Shown here piece after piece: positions 11,038 to 20,627 of a stretch of 55,260 bases of DNA. Position numbers and translations under genes: made by a program. Every line of letters starts with the position of its first letter. The stretch's first letter is position 1. This DNA comes from an uncultured bacterium (GTDB taxonomy: Bacteria; Electryoneota; AABM5-125-24; Hatepunaeales; Hatepunaeaceae). The notes below the pieces were generated by a model that saw nothing but the letters and a program-made list of their open reading frames with translations, searched no databases and was not told where the DNA came from. Location: the NCBI GenBank assembly GCA_964635255.1, contig CAZWOY010000001.1, forward strand, positions 1 to 55,260, given 5' to 3'.

Positions 11038-12714
11038 TCAGATATGTTTGGGAAGGAACAATGCGCCGCCCGCTAATATTCCCACATCCGCCCATCCGGC
11101 TCGTCTTAAAATCAGCGCTGCGTCCCAACTGCGACCACCCATCTGGCATATAGCTGCAATCGATACGTTTTTAGGAATTTCTTTAATACGGGATCGCAGC
11201 TCTTCAACCGGAATCTCCAAAACTTGTTTATTTTGGGTTTGGATAGGAGTACCCTCTATTTCGTGAGGCAATCTGACGTCAACTATCACGGTTTTTTCAG
11301 ATATGTTCCCAAATTCGTGCGGCGGTACCAGGTTAACTCCGGCGCCGCGGCTGTTTTCCGCAATGAAAGCTATATTATGCAACGCATCGAATGGCAGCGA
11401 ATATGGCGGAGCGTAGGTATGCTCCAGGTCGGTCAATTTGTCTATAGTCCAACCGGCATGCATTATGAGCGATGCTTTATCGAGAATATGTTGAATATGA
11501 CCGTAGGATAACGCCTGTATTCCAAGAATCAGACCATTGCTTTTATCGTATATCGTTTTCAAATGCACCGGAGCGGCTTCGGGCATATAATGAACGCGGT
11601 CATGAAATGTTCCCCAGCACTCATCCACATAGTATCCGTTTTCATCGCATTCAGCCCTTGTTAGCCCAACCGATCCTATCGTCAGATCGAAGAATTTAAG
11701 AATCGACGCGCCGATAACCGGTTCGAATTTTGAGTCGCCATTGCATATATTATCGCCTACAATCCTACCCATGCGAATAGCCAAAGAACCGAAAGGATAG
11801 ATACCTGGTTTGCCATCGACCGCGTTGCTAAGTTCAACGCAATCGCCCGCGGCAAAAACTATCGGATCTGATGTCTGCAATCTGTCGTTAACTTTAATGC
11901 CGCCTGTAACTCCCGTCTCGATACCAGTTTCCTCAGCAATGAACGAATTAGGTTTTACTCCGACATTTACAACCAGATGATCGACTTCAATTCCTTTTCC
12001 ATTTTCCTTTCGTACTATAATTTTACCATTCTTTCTGTCTATCGAACTGCAATTAAAGCCAAGATGCAGATTCACTCCCTGTTCACGCAGCTCAGATTCA
12101 ACCAACATAGCCATATCCGGATCGATCATACTGGGAAGCACATGGTTTTCCAGTTCAAACAGGTCAACGTCGATTCCCCATAAGGCTCTAAACGCTTCAC
12201 AAAGTTCAATCCCAATGTATCCGCCGCCCAAGACGCCAACGCGATTTATCTTACCCTGTTCAAGCAATTTGCGAAGTTCTGCAGCATGATTAATCGAGTT
12301 AAACGCACTGACGCCTTCGCTATCGACTCCGGGAATCGATGGTTTAACCGGAATAGCTCCGGTAGCAAAAATTAAACGATCGTAAGGAATATCCAATAAT
12401 TCATTATTATCCAGACTCCGGCATTTTACAACTCGCAGAGTTCTGTCAACCTGTATAACCTCATGCCCGGTAAGAACTTCGACTCCTTTGACTTCCTTAA
12501 AATAACGCACGTCCTTTATCGTGCCGTTAGGCATGCTGAACAATGCCGAAGGTTGATCTACATCGCCGGAAAGATAATAAGCCAAACCGCAGGTCGAATA
12601 TCCGAATTTCTCATTTCTCTCCAAAACCCTGACATTGGCGTCAGGCTGCAGCCGGCTAATCCGGCAAGCGGCTTTCAAACCGGCTGCTGAACCTCCTATA
12701 ACAATAACTTCCAT
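11038..12714 (-). CDS. CoA-disulfide reductase/NADH-oxidase-family flavoprotein fused to a C-terminal rhodanese domain
   Basis: VIVIGGSAAG FAD motif, single redox Cys in YSTCGLAYY, a second dinucleotide motif VGVLGGGYIG, and a C-terminal rhodanese active-site loop CQMGGRS. Confidence 0.75.
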   Translation of the reverse strand: MEVIVIGGSAAGLKAACRISRLQPDANVRVLERNEKFGYSTCGLAYYLSGDVDQPSALFSMPNGTIKDVRYFKEVKGVEVLTGHEVIQVDRTLRVVKCRSLDNNELLDIPYDRLIFATGAIPVKPSIPGVDSEGVSAFNSINHAAELRKLLEQGKINRVGVLGGGYIGIELCEAFRALWGIDVDLFELENHVLPSMIDPDMAMLVESELREQGVNLHLGFNCSSIDRKNGKIIVRKENGKGIEVDHLVVNVGVKPNSFIAEETGIETGVTGGIKVNDRLQTSDPIVFAAGDCVELSNAVDGKPGIYPFGSLAIRMGRIVGDNICNGDSKFEPVIGASILKFFDLTIGSVGLTRAECDENGYYVDECWGTFHDRVHYMPEAAPVHLKTIYDKSNGLILGIQALSYGHIQHILDKASLIMHAGWTIDKLTDLEHTYAPPYSLPFDALHNIAFIAENSRGAGVNLVPPHEFGNISEKTVIVDVRLPHEIEGTPIQTQNKQVLEIPVEELRSRIKEIPKNVSIAAICQMGGRSWDAALILRRAGWADVGILAGGALFLPKHI

Positions 12715-12738
12715 AATTCTCTGAGTATTCTTTAAAAA

Positions 12739-13893
12739 TCAAGCAATGCTGGATCGTACAGATATTCCAATTTTGTATAGAACTGTTATGATCCCGGCTC
12801 CGAAAGCATAAACCATCAATGCGATCATCACTTCCGGAAATGTTGGCATGTATTCTGTCACCGTTCCCAGAGGAGACGGCACGAATCCTGTTACGACCAT
12901 TCCCATGCCCTTGTCGATCCAGATGGACAAGAACGTTATCACAGCCGTAAAAGCCAAAATCGATTCATTCCGGCGAGTTTTTGGATTTAGAAGCAGGAAC
13001 AGGGACGCCACCGCCAAAATCACGGAAATCCAAATCCAGGGAACTAAGGCGCTCTTACCCTCGATTCCCAAATACATATACTTGAAATGAAGCGTATGTT
13101 CGGGGATGTTGCTGTAAATCGCCGTAAATAATTCCATCAGGATTAGGAAAACGTTGATGGTCATCGCATAAGTCACAATTATCGCCAACTTCTGCACCGG
13201 CTCTTTTCCGACCTTGAAATCGCTTATTTTCCTCAGCAGCAGGCACATGATTATCAACAGCGAAGGACCGGATGCGAAAGCTGACGCGAGAAAGCGCGGA
13301 GCCAGCACAGCCGTCATCCAGAACGGACGCGCTGCGAGTCCTGAATATAAAAACGCCGTAACGGTGTGAATGCTGACCGCCCAGGGGATGGAAATGTAAA
13401 TGAACGGCTTAATCCATTTCGGCGGCGGGATCGATTTTTTCTCTGCGTGCAGGGTTGCGTTGCTGATAAGGACGTTGAGAACGAGATAGCCGCCGAGAGC
13501 GATCGTATCCCAGAACATCAGCGAATGAGGCGACGGATGCAGAAACAGATTCATTCCCCGATAGGGCTGCCCCAAATCGACAGCGATAAACGCCACGCAC
13601 ATAACGCAGGCGCCGACTGCCAAAAATTCGCCTAAGATGGTTAGTTTGCCAAACTCCTTATAATTGTGAAGATAGTATGGTAAAACCACCATAACGGCTG
13701 ATGCGGCGACTCCAACCATGAATGTAAACTGTGCGATATAAAAACCCCAGGTTACATCCCGGCTTAAACCGGTTATTCCCAAACCGACATTAAACTGTCT
13801 TACATAAAATGCAAAACCGATAAAAAAGATAATCGCCAGCGCGATAATCCATGACCAATAGTTTTTATTTCCAGTTAATGCTTTTTCTAACAT
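12739..13893 (-). CDS. dsrP: DsrP, NrfD/PsrC-like integral membrane quinone-interacting subunit
   Basis: 384 aa with about 10 predicted TM helices, in the last position of a dsrMKJOP array. Confidence 0.8.
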   Translation of the reverse strand: MLEKALTGNKNYWSWIIALAIIFFIGFAFYVRQFNVGLGITGLSRDVTWGFYIAQFTFMVGVAASAVMVVLPYYLHNYKEFGKLTILGEFLAVGACVMCVAFIAVDLGQPYRGMNLFLHPSPHSLMFWDTIALGGYLVLNVLISNATLHAEKKSIPPPKWIKPFIYISIPWAVSIHTVTAFLYSGLAARPFWMTAVLAPRFLASAFASGPSLLIIMCLLLRKISDFKVGKEPVQKLAIIVTYAMTINVFLILMELFTAIYSNIPEHTLHFKYMYLGIEGKSALVPWIWISVILAVASLFLLLNPKTRRNESILAFTAVITFLSIWIDKGMGMVVTGFVPSPLGTVTEYMPTFPEVMIALMVYAFGAGIITVLYKIGISVRSSIA

Positions 13894-13901
13894 TTTTTAC
13901 C

Positions 13902-14684
13902 TCACACTATATAGTAGATTTGAGGTTGCGTGCCCAGGGACGTTTTCCTGCGAATCGTAAAATTATCTGTAATTAATTCGCGCACTTTCGATTCGCTGTC
14001 TTCCAGATCGCCGAAAGTCAAAGCGCCGGCTTCACAAGCTTCAACGCATGCAGGCTGAAGACCTCGTGAAATTCTCTCTTCGCAGAAAGTGCATTTTTCG
14101 ACCACGCCTCTCATTCGAGTCGGGAAATCGGGATCGATCGAATCCAACAGTGGGCGAGGATTCTTCCAGTTAAAACTGCGAGCGCCGTAAGGACATCCAA
14201 CTATACAATAGCGACAGCCGATGCAACGGTGCCAATCCATCATAACAATGCCGTCCTCGCGCCGCCAAGTGGCTTCCGTCGGACATACCTTTGTACAGGG
14301 TGGATTTTCGCAGTGGTTGCACAGCATAAGAACCGGACCGTGTTCTTGTTCGCGGCTCTCTTTGCCGAGAATCTCTTCCAATACAGGATTTCCGAGTTCA
14401 TGGAAAGCATGATGGAAAGTATCCTTCCATATCCACTTTATTTCGTCTTTAGAATTTTCGATTTTAGGAACGTTGTGCGTTTCATGGCAGGCGTCTATGC
14501 ACTTTGTACAATTATCCTGTTCGAGGCATTTATTAAGATCGACAACCATCGCCCACCTTTTGCCTCCCATAGCGCGTGGATCATCCATAAATTCATCCGC
14601 CGTCAACTCCATCGCTGGGCGCAGAGTAAATCCTGCGACGCCAAGGCCGGCTAACTTGATAAATTTTCGCCTGTCTATACCCAT
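13902..14684 (-). CDS. dsrO: DsrO, periplasmic ferredoxin-like 4Fe-4S subunit
   Basis: Start set at MGIDRRKFIKLAGLG (a twin-arginine signal), whose ATG overlaps the dsrJ stop by 1 nt. Multiple CxxCxxCxxxCP clusters. Confidence 0.8.
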   Translation of the reverse strand: MGIDRRKFIKLAGLGVAGFTLRPAMELTADEFMDDPRAMGGKRWAMVVDLNKCLEQDNCTKCIDACHETHNVPKIENSKDEIKWIWKDTFHHAFHELGNPVLEEILGKESREQEHGPVLMLCNHCENPPCTKVCPTEATWRREDGIVMMDWHRCIGCRYCIVGCPYGARSFNWKNPRPLLDSIDPDFPTRMRGVVEKCTFCEERISRGLQPACVEACEAGALTFGDLEDSESKVRELITDNFTIRRKTSLGTQPQIYYIV

Positions 14685-15100
14685 TACTTTACCTCCTCGG
14701 GTGTAGTATGACAACTCCAGCAATATGGATCGACGCCGGCGTAATTATGGCATCTATCGCAAAAGTTGGCTTTGCTCTGGTGACAGTCGAGGCAGCTTTT
14801 CGACATCCCGCGCGTGTGGACATAATCGCTCACATTCGACAGGCTCATATTGTGTTTCTTGCCTTCGATTCCGACATATATGCGCTTGCCGTCGCGAACG
14901 ACTTTATCTCGCCACTCATCAAGAACGTCCATGTGCGAAGTGCGCATATATTTGGCGTCCTCTACGCATGGTCCCCGTTGAGCTTTTTCCAGTTCGGGCG
15001 CTCCCGCCGCGCTTCCGCTGGCAAAATTATACCAGATCGGAAAAGTGAAGATAATCAGAAAGATGATTATCCCGACTAATACTTTTCCGGTATCATGCAT
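14684..15100 (-). CDS. dsrJ: DsrJ, membrane-anchored triheme cytochrome c
   Basis: N-terminal TM helix plus three CxxCH motifs (CLDCH, CDRCH, CWSCH). Confidence 0.85.
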   Translation of the reverse strand: MHDTGKVLVGIIIFLIIFTFPIWYNFASGSAAGAPELEKAQRGPCVEDAKYMRTSHMDVLDEWRDKVVRDGKRIYVGIEGKKHNMSLSNVSDYVHTRGMSKSCLDCHQSKANFCDRCHNYAGVDPYCWSCHTTPEEVK

Positions 15101-16712
15101 CCTGTATTTCCTCCTCTTTAACGAATGGATTGCCCCGCATGTCGGTGCGATCTTCTTTCTCGCCCTTCATAATCAGCGCGTTGCCCACAAGTTCATGAAT
15201 TCCGCATACCTCAACTTCCGGCACCCAGAATTCCATCAGCGGAGGCAATGTCGCTTTATCGATTGCGCATATACAGCATAAGACATTTACGCCGTGCTTA
15301 TCATGCACATGTTTCACTGCATTAGCGCGCGGCATGCCGCCTCGCATTCTCATCTCAAAGTTCTCATCCGTGCCGAGTCCAGACCCCGATCCACAACAGA
15401 ACGTTTGTTCCCGGATCGTATTTTCCGGCATTTCGTGGAACTTGTTGCATACGCTGTTGATGCAGTATCGAGGTTCTTCGAGCAAGCCCATTGCGCGAGA
15501 CGGATTGCAGGAATCGTGGAACGTGACGTTCCATTGGTCGTTGCGGCTTTTATCTAAATTGAGTTTGCCGTTCTTAATCAGGTCTGCGGTGAATTCGCAG
15601 ATATGAGTCATCTTCGTTGATTTTGCATTATCAAAAACCGTTCCGGTGACTGGCGACTTCGGAACTTCGAGAAAATCTGCGGGACCGTTCAACGTATCCA
15701 TATATTGATGAAGCACCCGCCACATGTGGCCGCACTCGCCGCCAAGGATCCATTTAACGCCCAATCGCTTCGCTTCCGCGTAAATTTTAGCATTAAGACG
15801 TTTCATCATTTCATGGGAATGAAACAGCCCGAAATTTCCGCCTTCGGATGCGAAAGAACTGAATGTATAATCCAGTCCGATTTCATGAAACAAAGCCATA
15901 TAGCCTAAGAAGCCATAATAATGAGGATCGGCGAAATAGTCAGCCGACGGCACTACGAATAATATCTCTGCGCCCTTCTTATTGATCGGAGCATCGACTT
16001 TAATGCCGGTAATGTCATGCAGGTCGTCCATGGCAAATTCGACGCTGTCTTGAAAGCCGTGAGGCTGGATTCCCAAGTGGTTGCCGGTTCGAAAACAGTT
16101 CGCCGCCGGAGTCGTAACCCAATCGATTCCAATGCCGATCTCCTGCATGATTTCACGGGCGATCATCGTGATCTCCGCGGTGTCGACGCCATACGGGCAG
16201 AAAACCGAGCAGCGGCGGCATTCCGTACACTGATAGAAATAAAAGAACCATTCTTTCAGCACGTCGTAAGTAAGTTCGCGCGCGCCGACCATTTCGCCCA
16301 TCAGCTTGCCGGCTAATGTATATTTCTTGCGATAAATCGACCGGAACAATTCCGCGCGCAGAACCGGCATGTTTTTCGGATCGCCGGAACCGATAAAGAA
16401 ATGGCATTTATCCGCGCATGCGCCGCACCTTACGCAAATGTCCATAAAAATCTTAAGCGACCGGAATCGATCCAATCTTACCCGGAACGCCTCGAACAAA
16501 ATCTCCTGCCAGTTTTCGGGGAGCTGCCAATCGTCGTCCGTCGGCTGCCATTTCCGCGGGTAGGGCAGTTCCAAATAAGCTTGCGACTTCGGCGTCGCCG
16601 CATAATTATACGCGCCTTTTTTAAACTCGACTTTCGGATCCGTCCATTTCTTTCGCGGCGGCTTGAAATCTATTTGCGCAACCTTTTCAGGTTTAACTTG
16701 TTGTTCTGACAC
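15093..16712 (-). CDS. dsrK: DsrK, HdrD-like catalytic Fe-S subunit
   Basis: CVRCGACADKC and CTECRRCSVFCPYG clusters, plus CCG-domain signatures (FCCGSGSG). Confidence 0.85.
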   Translation of the reverse strand: MSEQQVKPEKVAQIDFKPPRKKWTDPKVEFKKGAYNYAATPKSQAYLELPYPRKWQPTDDDWQLPENWQEILFEAFRVRLDRFRSLKIFMDICVRCGACADKCHFFIGSGDPKNMPVLRAELFRSIYRKKYTLAGKLMGEMVGARELTYDVLKEWFFYFYQCTECRRCSVFCPYGVDTAEITMIAREIMQEIGIGIDWVTTPAANCFRTGNHLGIQPHGFQDSVEFAMDDLHDITGIKVDAPINKKGAEILFVVPSADYFADPHYYGFLGYMALFHEIGLDYTFSSFASEGGNFGLFHSHEMMKRLNAKIYAEAKRLGVKWILGGECGHMWRVLHQYMDTLNGPADFLEVPKSPVTGTVFDNAKSTKMTHICEFTADLIKNGKLNLDKSRNDQWNVTFHDSCNPSRAMGLLEEPRYCINSVCNKFHEMPENTIREQTFCCGSGSGLGTDENFEMRMRGGMPRANAVKHVHDKHGVNVLCCICAIDKATLPPLMEFWVPEVEVCGIHELVGNALIMKGEKEDRTDMRGNPFVKEEEIQDA

Positions 16713-16714
16713 AG

Positions 16715-17725
16715 CTATTTCTTCTCCTTCTCATTATCCTTTTCCAAAGGCATTCCCGCATCGCGCATAAGATCGCGAAACTCATCTTCATACTCCTCAT
16801 AAGTATGCGTTTTAACATCGTAATTCCATGGATTCTCATGCCGTTTGATACGGTTATCATTGACCATGTTTCTGGTCGGACTCATGAAGATTCCACCCAT
16901 GTGCATCAATTTGCTGAAAGGGAAATATATCAGCAAAACGCAAACGAGAAAGAGATGCGTAAAAAACAGCGATCCTATTCCTTCAGGTATGGTTGGCTGA
17001 AATGTTAACAATCCCATCGCCATTTCCTTGACGCTGACGAGATCGATTTTCGTGAAATATCTCATGAAAATTCCGGTGATTGCGATACCTAAAATCAGAA
17101 ATAAAGGGAAATAGTCTGTCAGCATCGACATGTATCGCAATTTCGGATCGATGATCCGCCTTAAAAACAAGTAAGTAACAGCGATTAATATGACGGCGTC
17201 GGTCATAAAAATAATCGGAAGACCTACTTGTAGAAAACCATCGACGAATTCTACCGCTTTAACAAATCCCGGCGTTGGATCGACAAATAGTTTAAAATGG
17301 CGAATAAAAATTATCAGAAATGAATAATGAAAAGCTAATCCGGCAGCCCATAACCATTTTGTGGAACCATAAACAATTTTAGGTCCATCCTTTAATTCGG
17401 ATCGGGTGTTTCTGAATAGAGATCGAAAAAAGAAAATCTCAAAAAACATCCTGCCGAGCAATCCACGTGTATTGCTTGGACTTTCCAGATTGTTTTGCTT
17501 GATCCAAGGCAGTGATTTTTCCTGGCCGCATGTTGTCGGAATCTTAAAGGGAACTGGCGACTTTGCCCAGTTGATTATCCTCAGTAAAAATCCGGCAAGG
17601 AAAACCAAAATAGCGATATATGGAATTATAACGCCAAAAAGAAACTGTATTCCTCCCGATTGCGCGCCAAAGAGCGGCAGCGCAACCAGAAGAAAAACAA
17701 GAACGAGAGATACGAAAATACTCAT
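16715..17725 (-). CDS. dsrM: DsrM, NarI-like diheme b membrane subunit
   Basis: Multi-TM protein immediately upstream of dsrK, with conserved His residues in the TM helices and a charged C-terminal tail. Confidence 0.8.
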   Translation of the reverse strand: MSIFVSLVLVFLLVALPLFGAQSGGIQFLFGVIIPYIAILVFLAGFLLRIINWAKSPVPFKIPTTCGQEKSLPWIKQNNLESPSNTRGLLGRMFFEIFFFRSLFRNTRSELKDGPKIVYGSTKWLWAAGLAFHYSFLIIFIRHFKLFVDPTPGFVKAVEFVDGFLQVGLPIIFMTDAVILIAVTYLFLRRIIDPKLRYMSMLTDYFPLFLILGIAITGIFMRYFTKIDLVSVKEMAMGLLTFQPTIPEGIGSLFFTHLFLVCVLLIYFPFSKLMHMGGIFMSPTRNMVNDNRIKRHENPWNYDVKTHTYEEYEDEFRDLMRDAGMPLEKDNEKEKK

Positions 17726-17746
17726 TAGTATCTCCCCTTTAAATTT

Positions 17747-18292
17747 TTATTTTTCTTTGTTCTGGTCTGCATTTTCCTGTTCCGGTTGAACAAAATAGGG
17801 ATGACGTTCCAAAAGTCTGAAATAATACCTCTTCACTTGTTCGGCTTGAACCTTATATAGTTGCTCTTTACAGGAATCATAATGATTAAAGCATTGCATG
17901 CAAAGCGAATCTATCTGATACTGCAAATCGAAAAATTGCTCTAAGATTAAAACATTGTTAAGTCTGTCAGATATGTGATCCTTAATAATCCTCTTAAGCA
18001 GAAAGAGAAAATCCGTCGCTTCGGACGGTTTAAAATCCTGCACTGATCGGATGCGCGTAATATTTTCCACAGCCGAATCAGCTTCTTCTTTTCCGGCGGC
18101 GCCGCTGAGAAAATCAAAAATTCTCTCGATGCTTTCCGCAATACCAACGCCAACCGGATTTGAAAACCGATTTTTCTGACGGTCAAAAAAGTTCACGGAT
18201 TCGCTCGGATATGCCTCCAAAATGCGGTTTTTCCAAGAGTTGAGCAACCTGGACTTATCCGCTCTAAGAATTTCCTGTAAATTCATCCCCAA
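17747..18292 (-). CDS. dsrT: DsrT-like protein (RsbRD N-terminal-domain type)
   Basis: Its position directly upstream of dsrM is the classical dsrT slot. The N-terminal pattern W..RILEAYPSES..FF..QKNRFSNPVG resembles the RsbRD_N domain. Confidence 0.5.
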   Translation of the reverse strand: MGMNLQEILRADKSRLLNSWKNRILEAYPSESVNFFDRQKNRFSNPVGVGIAESIERIFDFLSGAAGKEEADSAVENITRIRSVQDFKPSEATDFLFLLKRIIKDHISDRLNNVLILEQFFDLQYQIDSLCMQCFNHYDSCKEQLYKVQAEQVKRYYFRLLERHPYFVQPEQENADQNKEK

Positions 18293-18416
18293 CCAAATCC
18301 AAAAACTTTGCGCTGTTTTTCACAAATACCTTGCTTATGAATATAACAGCAGATATTAATTCTGACTGACTTTGTTCCAAATCAAACACAAAGAATGATT
18401 TTATGGAACTTATCAA

Positions 18417-18457
18417 ATCGGCGAGTGATATCCTGAAATAGACAACCACTCGCCGAT
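18417..18457 (-). terminator. hairpin (11-bp stem) 28 nt downstream of the dsrC stop; possible attenuator or mRNA stabiliser
   Basis: ATCGGCGAGTG-19 nt-CACTCGCCGAT. On the minus strand it is followed only by TTTGAT, which is a weak U-tract. Confidence 0.4.
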
Positions 18458-18484
18458 CGATTTAAATAGTGTTTGAAAATAGAA

Positions 18485-18802
18485 TCAGACGCAGCCAGTC
18501 GGCTTCGCCAAACCGGCAACTTTACAAGCGCCTTTAGCTGGACCGGAAGGGAACAGGTCGTAGATTTGCTTTAAAGAAAATCCGGTTTCCTTGCAAAGCT
18601 TGCGGATCATCGGTGCGATCCCGAATTTTTGGTAGTATTCGCGAAGGTAATTGACGACTTTCCAGTGATCTTCGGAAAGGTCATCTACGCCTTCGGTACT
18701 TGCCAAAGCCAAAGCTACGCGTTCGTTCCATTCATCCGGTTCCTGCATAAATCCGTCTTCATCGACTTCGATGTTAACATCGTTCCATTCAAATTGTGCC
18801 AT
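18485..18802 (-). CDS. dsrC: DsrC, sulfur-carrier / trisulfide-forming substrate of DsrAB
   Basis: 105 aa. The C-terminal arm ...GACKVAGLAKPTGCV carries both conserved cysteines. Confidence 0.9.
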   Translation of the reverse strand: MAQFEWNDVNIEVDEDGFMQEPDEWNERVALALASTEGVDDLSEDHWKVVNYLREYYQKFGIAPMIRKLCKETGFSLKQIYDLFPSGPAKGACKVAGLAKPTGCV

Positions 18803-18854
18803 TGGGTCTCCTCCCTAATGTATTTAAGTAAATTGGTTTTGCCTGTTTAACGGT

Positions 18855-20540
18855 TTACTTCATTTCAATGTAACCGCACGGGCAGGCGTCTTTACATTTG
18901 CTGCAACCGTTACAAAATTCCATTTTAAATGTATATGGATCGCCAGGCTTTAACGGTTTCTTGATTGCATTGTCCTGACAATAGCTCCAGCAGGTGCCGC
19001 AATCGAAACATGAACCGCAGCTCATACATCTGCTGGCTTCCTCGACAACCTGATCCTGCGTCAAGGTTGACTTAATTTCAGCCCAGGGATTTTCAAAACG
19101 TTCATCGACAGCCATTTCCTCGCAATGCTGTCTCATCTTCTTTTCATAATAAGACAAAACGAGCCGGTCGGCTTTAATGACTTCAAGTTTCTTCTTCGTT
19201 TCAGGCTCCTCGCCGCGGAACCGAGCATCCATCGTCTCTGCAGCCAGTCTTCCCTGAGCGATGGCAATTGTAACCAAGCCAAGATCGACTGTATCGCCGC
19301 CTGCGTAAGTTTTATCGACCGGCGTCACGCCTTTTTCATCGGCTTTTACCCAGTCTTTGCCTTCGTGAAGATCGTCTAAGCCTTCAAAATCCGGCTCTTG
19401 CGAAATAGCCGGAATTACGCAGGTAACATCTATGTCGAAAGTGTCGCCTTCAATCGGAACAGGACGGCGGCGTCCCGATGAATCAGGTTCGCCAAGCTCC
19501 ATCTGCTGGCATTTCATGCGGACAGCATTGCCGTCTTTGGTCTCAATTTCAATCGGAGCGGCGAGAAAATGGAAGATAATTCCCTCTTCCTCGGCGCCTA
19601 CGATTTCTTCTTCAATCGCCGGCATTTCGTTGCGCGTGCGGCGATAAAGAATTGTAACTTCTTTTGCGCCGATACGCAGGGCAACGCGAGCCGCGTCGAT
19701 CGCTGTGTCTCCCCCGCCGATTACGACGACTTTATCGCCGGTTTCGACGGGCTTGCCGTTGTTGACAAGATTGAGGAACTCTACGCCGGTATAAACATTT
19801 TCAGCATCCTCGCCTTCAACTCTAAGTCCTTTGCCCTTGTGAGCGCCGATGCCGACGAAAACGGCGTCGTAGTCTTTTTGCACCTGTTCGTAAGGTAGGT
19901 CCTTACCGACTGCGACGTTGGTTTTTAATTCGACGCCTAGATCCAGAATCTTCTGAATTTCGCCGTCAAGTATATCGCGCGGCAGACGATAAGCGGGGAT
20001 GCCGTACCTGAGCATACCGCCGGCTTTATCGAACGCTTCGAAAATTGTAACTCCATATCCGCGTTTTGCCAGATGATACGCACAGCTCAAACCAGCGGGT
20101 CCGGCGCCGATAACGGCGACCTTTTCGGATCTCTTTTCATCGGTAACTTTCTTAAAAGCTAAATTCTGCTCCAGCCCCCAGTCGCCGACAAATCGTTCGA
20201 TATTATTAATACCGACTGCTTCATCCCGTTCGTTCCGGTTGCATCCTTCCTCACAAGGATGAGGGCAAACCCTGCCGCAAACTGCAGGCAAAGGATTTTT
20301 TTCCGCTATAATCTCCCAGGCTTCCTTGAACGCCTGTTCAATCGGCTTTTCGTACTTTTCCGCCTGAGCGATTGTCATCAGCATCTTACGTATTTCGGTG
20401 CCTTGCGGACACGAATCCATACATGGAGCCAATTTCTCCAAATGGTATGGACGAAGAGGACTGGTTTCCACTCCCGAAGATCCGGAAGCGCCTGATGATT
20501 TTATGTCAAGCTTCTTTTTTGGTTTTCTCTTAAGCGCCAT
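18855..20540 (-). CDS. dsrL: DsrL-type NAD(P)H-dependent iron-sulfur flavoprotein (GltD-like core plus C-terminal 2x[4Fe-4S] ferredoxin domain)
   Basis: N-terminal CGRVCPHPCEEGC, two dinucleotide folds ([26 protein letters not shown]), and a C-terminal CMSCGSCFDCGTC ... CNGCSKCKDACPCG. It is located between dsrN and dsrC. Confidence 0.75.
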   Translation of the reverse strand: MALKRKPKKKLDIKSSGASGSSGVETSPLRPYHLEKLAPCMDSCPQGTEIRKMLMTIAQAEKYEKPIEQAFKEAWEIIAEKNPLPAVCGRVCPHPCEEGCNRNERDEAVGINNIERFVGDWGLEQNLAFKKVTDEKRSEKVAVIGAGPAGLSCAYHLAKRGYGVTIFEAFDKAGGMLRYGIPAYRLPRDILDGEIQKILDLGVELKTNVAVGKDLPYEQVQKDYDAVFVGIGAHKGKGLRVEGEDAENVYTGVEFLNLVNNGKPVETGDKVVVIGGGDTAIDAARVALRIGAKEVTILYRRTRNEMPAIEEEIVGAEEEGIIFHFLAAPIEIETKDGNAVRMKCQQMELGEPDSSGRRRPVPIEGDTFDIDVTCVIPAISQEPDFEGLDDLHEGKDWVKADEKGVTPVDKTYAGGDTVDLGLVTIAIAQGRLAAETMDARFRGEEPETKKKLEVIKADRLVLSYYEKKMRQHCEEMAVDERFENPWAEIKSTLTQDQVVEEASRCMSCGSCFDCGTCWSYCQDNAIKKPLKPGDPYTFKMEFCNGCSKCKDACPCGYIEMK

Positions 20541-20627
20541 GTTCTTTTTACTCTGTTAACGAAAACTCTCTTTTTCTCTTATGATACAACGATCCTCCTC
20601 GACTTTTAATAAATAGGTTCCTTTTAA

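Noticed and set aside
14685-14723. 13-codon extension of dsrO (MLELSYYTRGGKV)
   Set aside because: It overlaps dsrJ. The Met at 14684 starts a textbook twin-arginine signal (MGIDRRKFIK).
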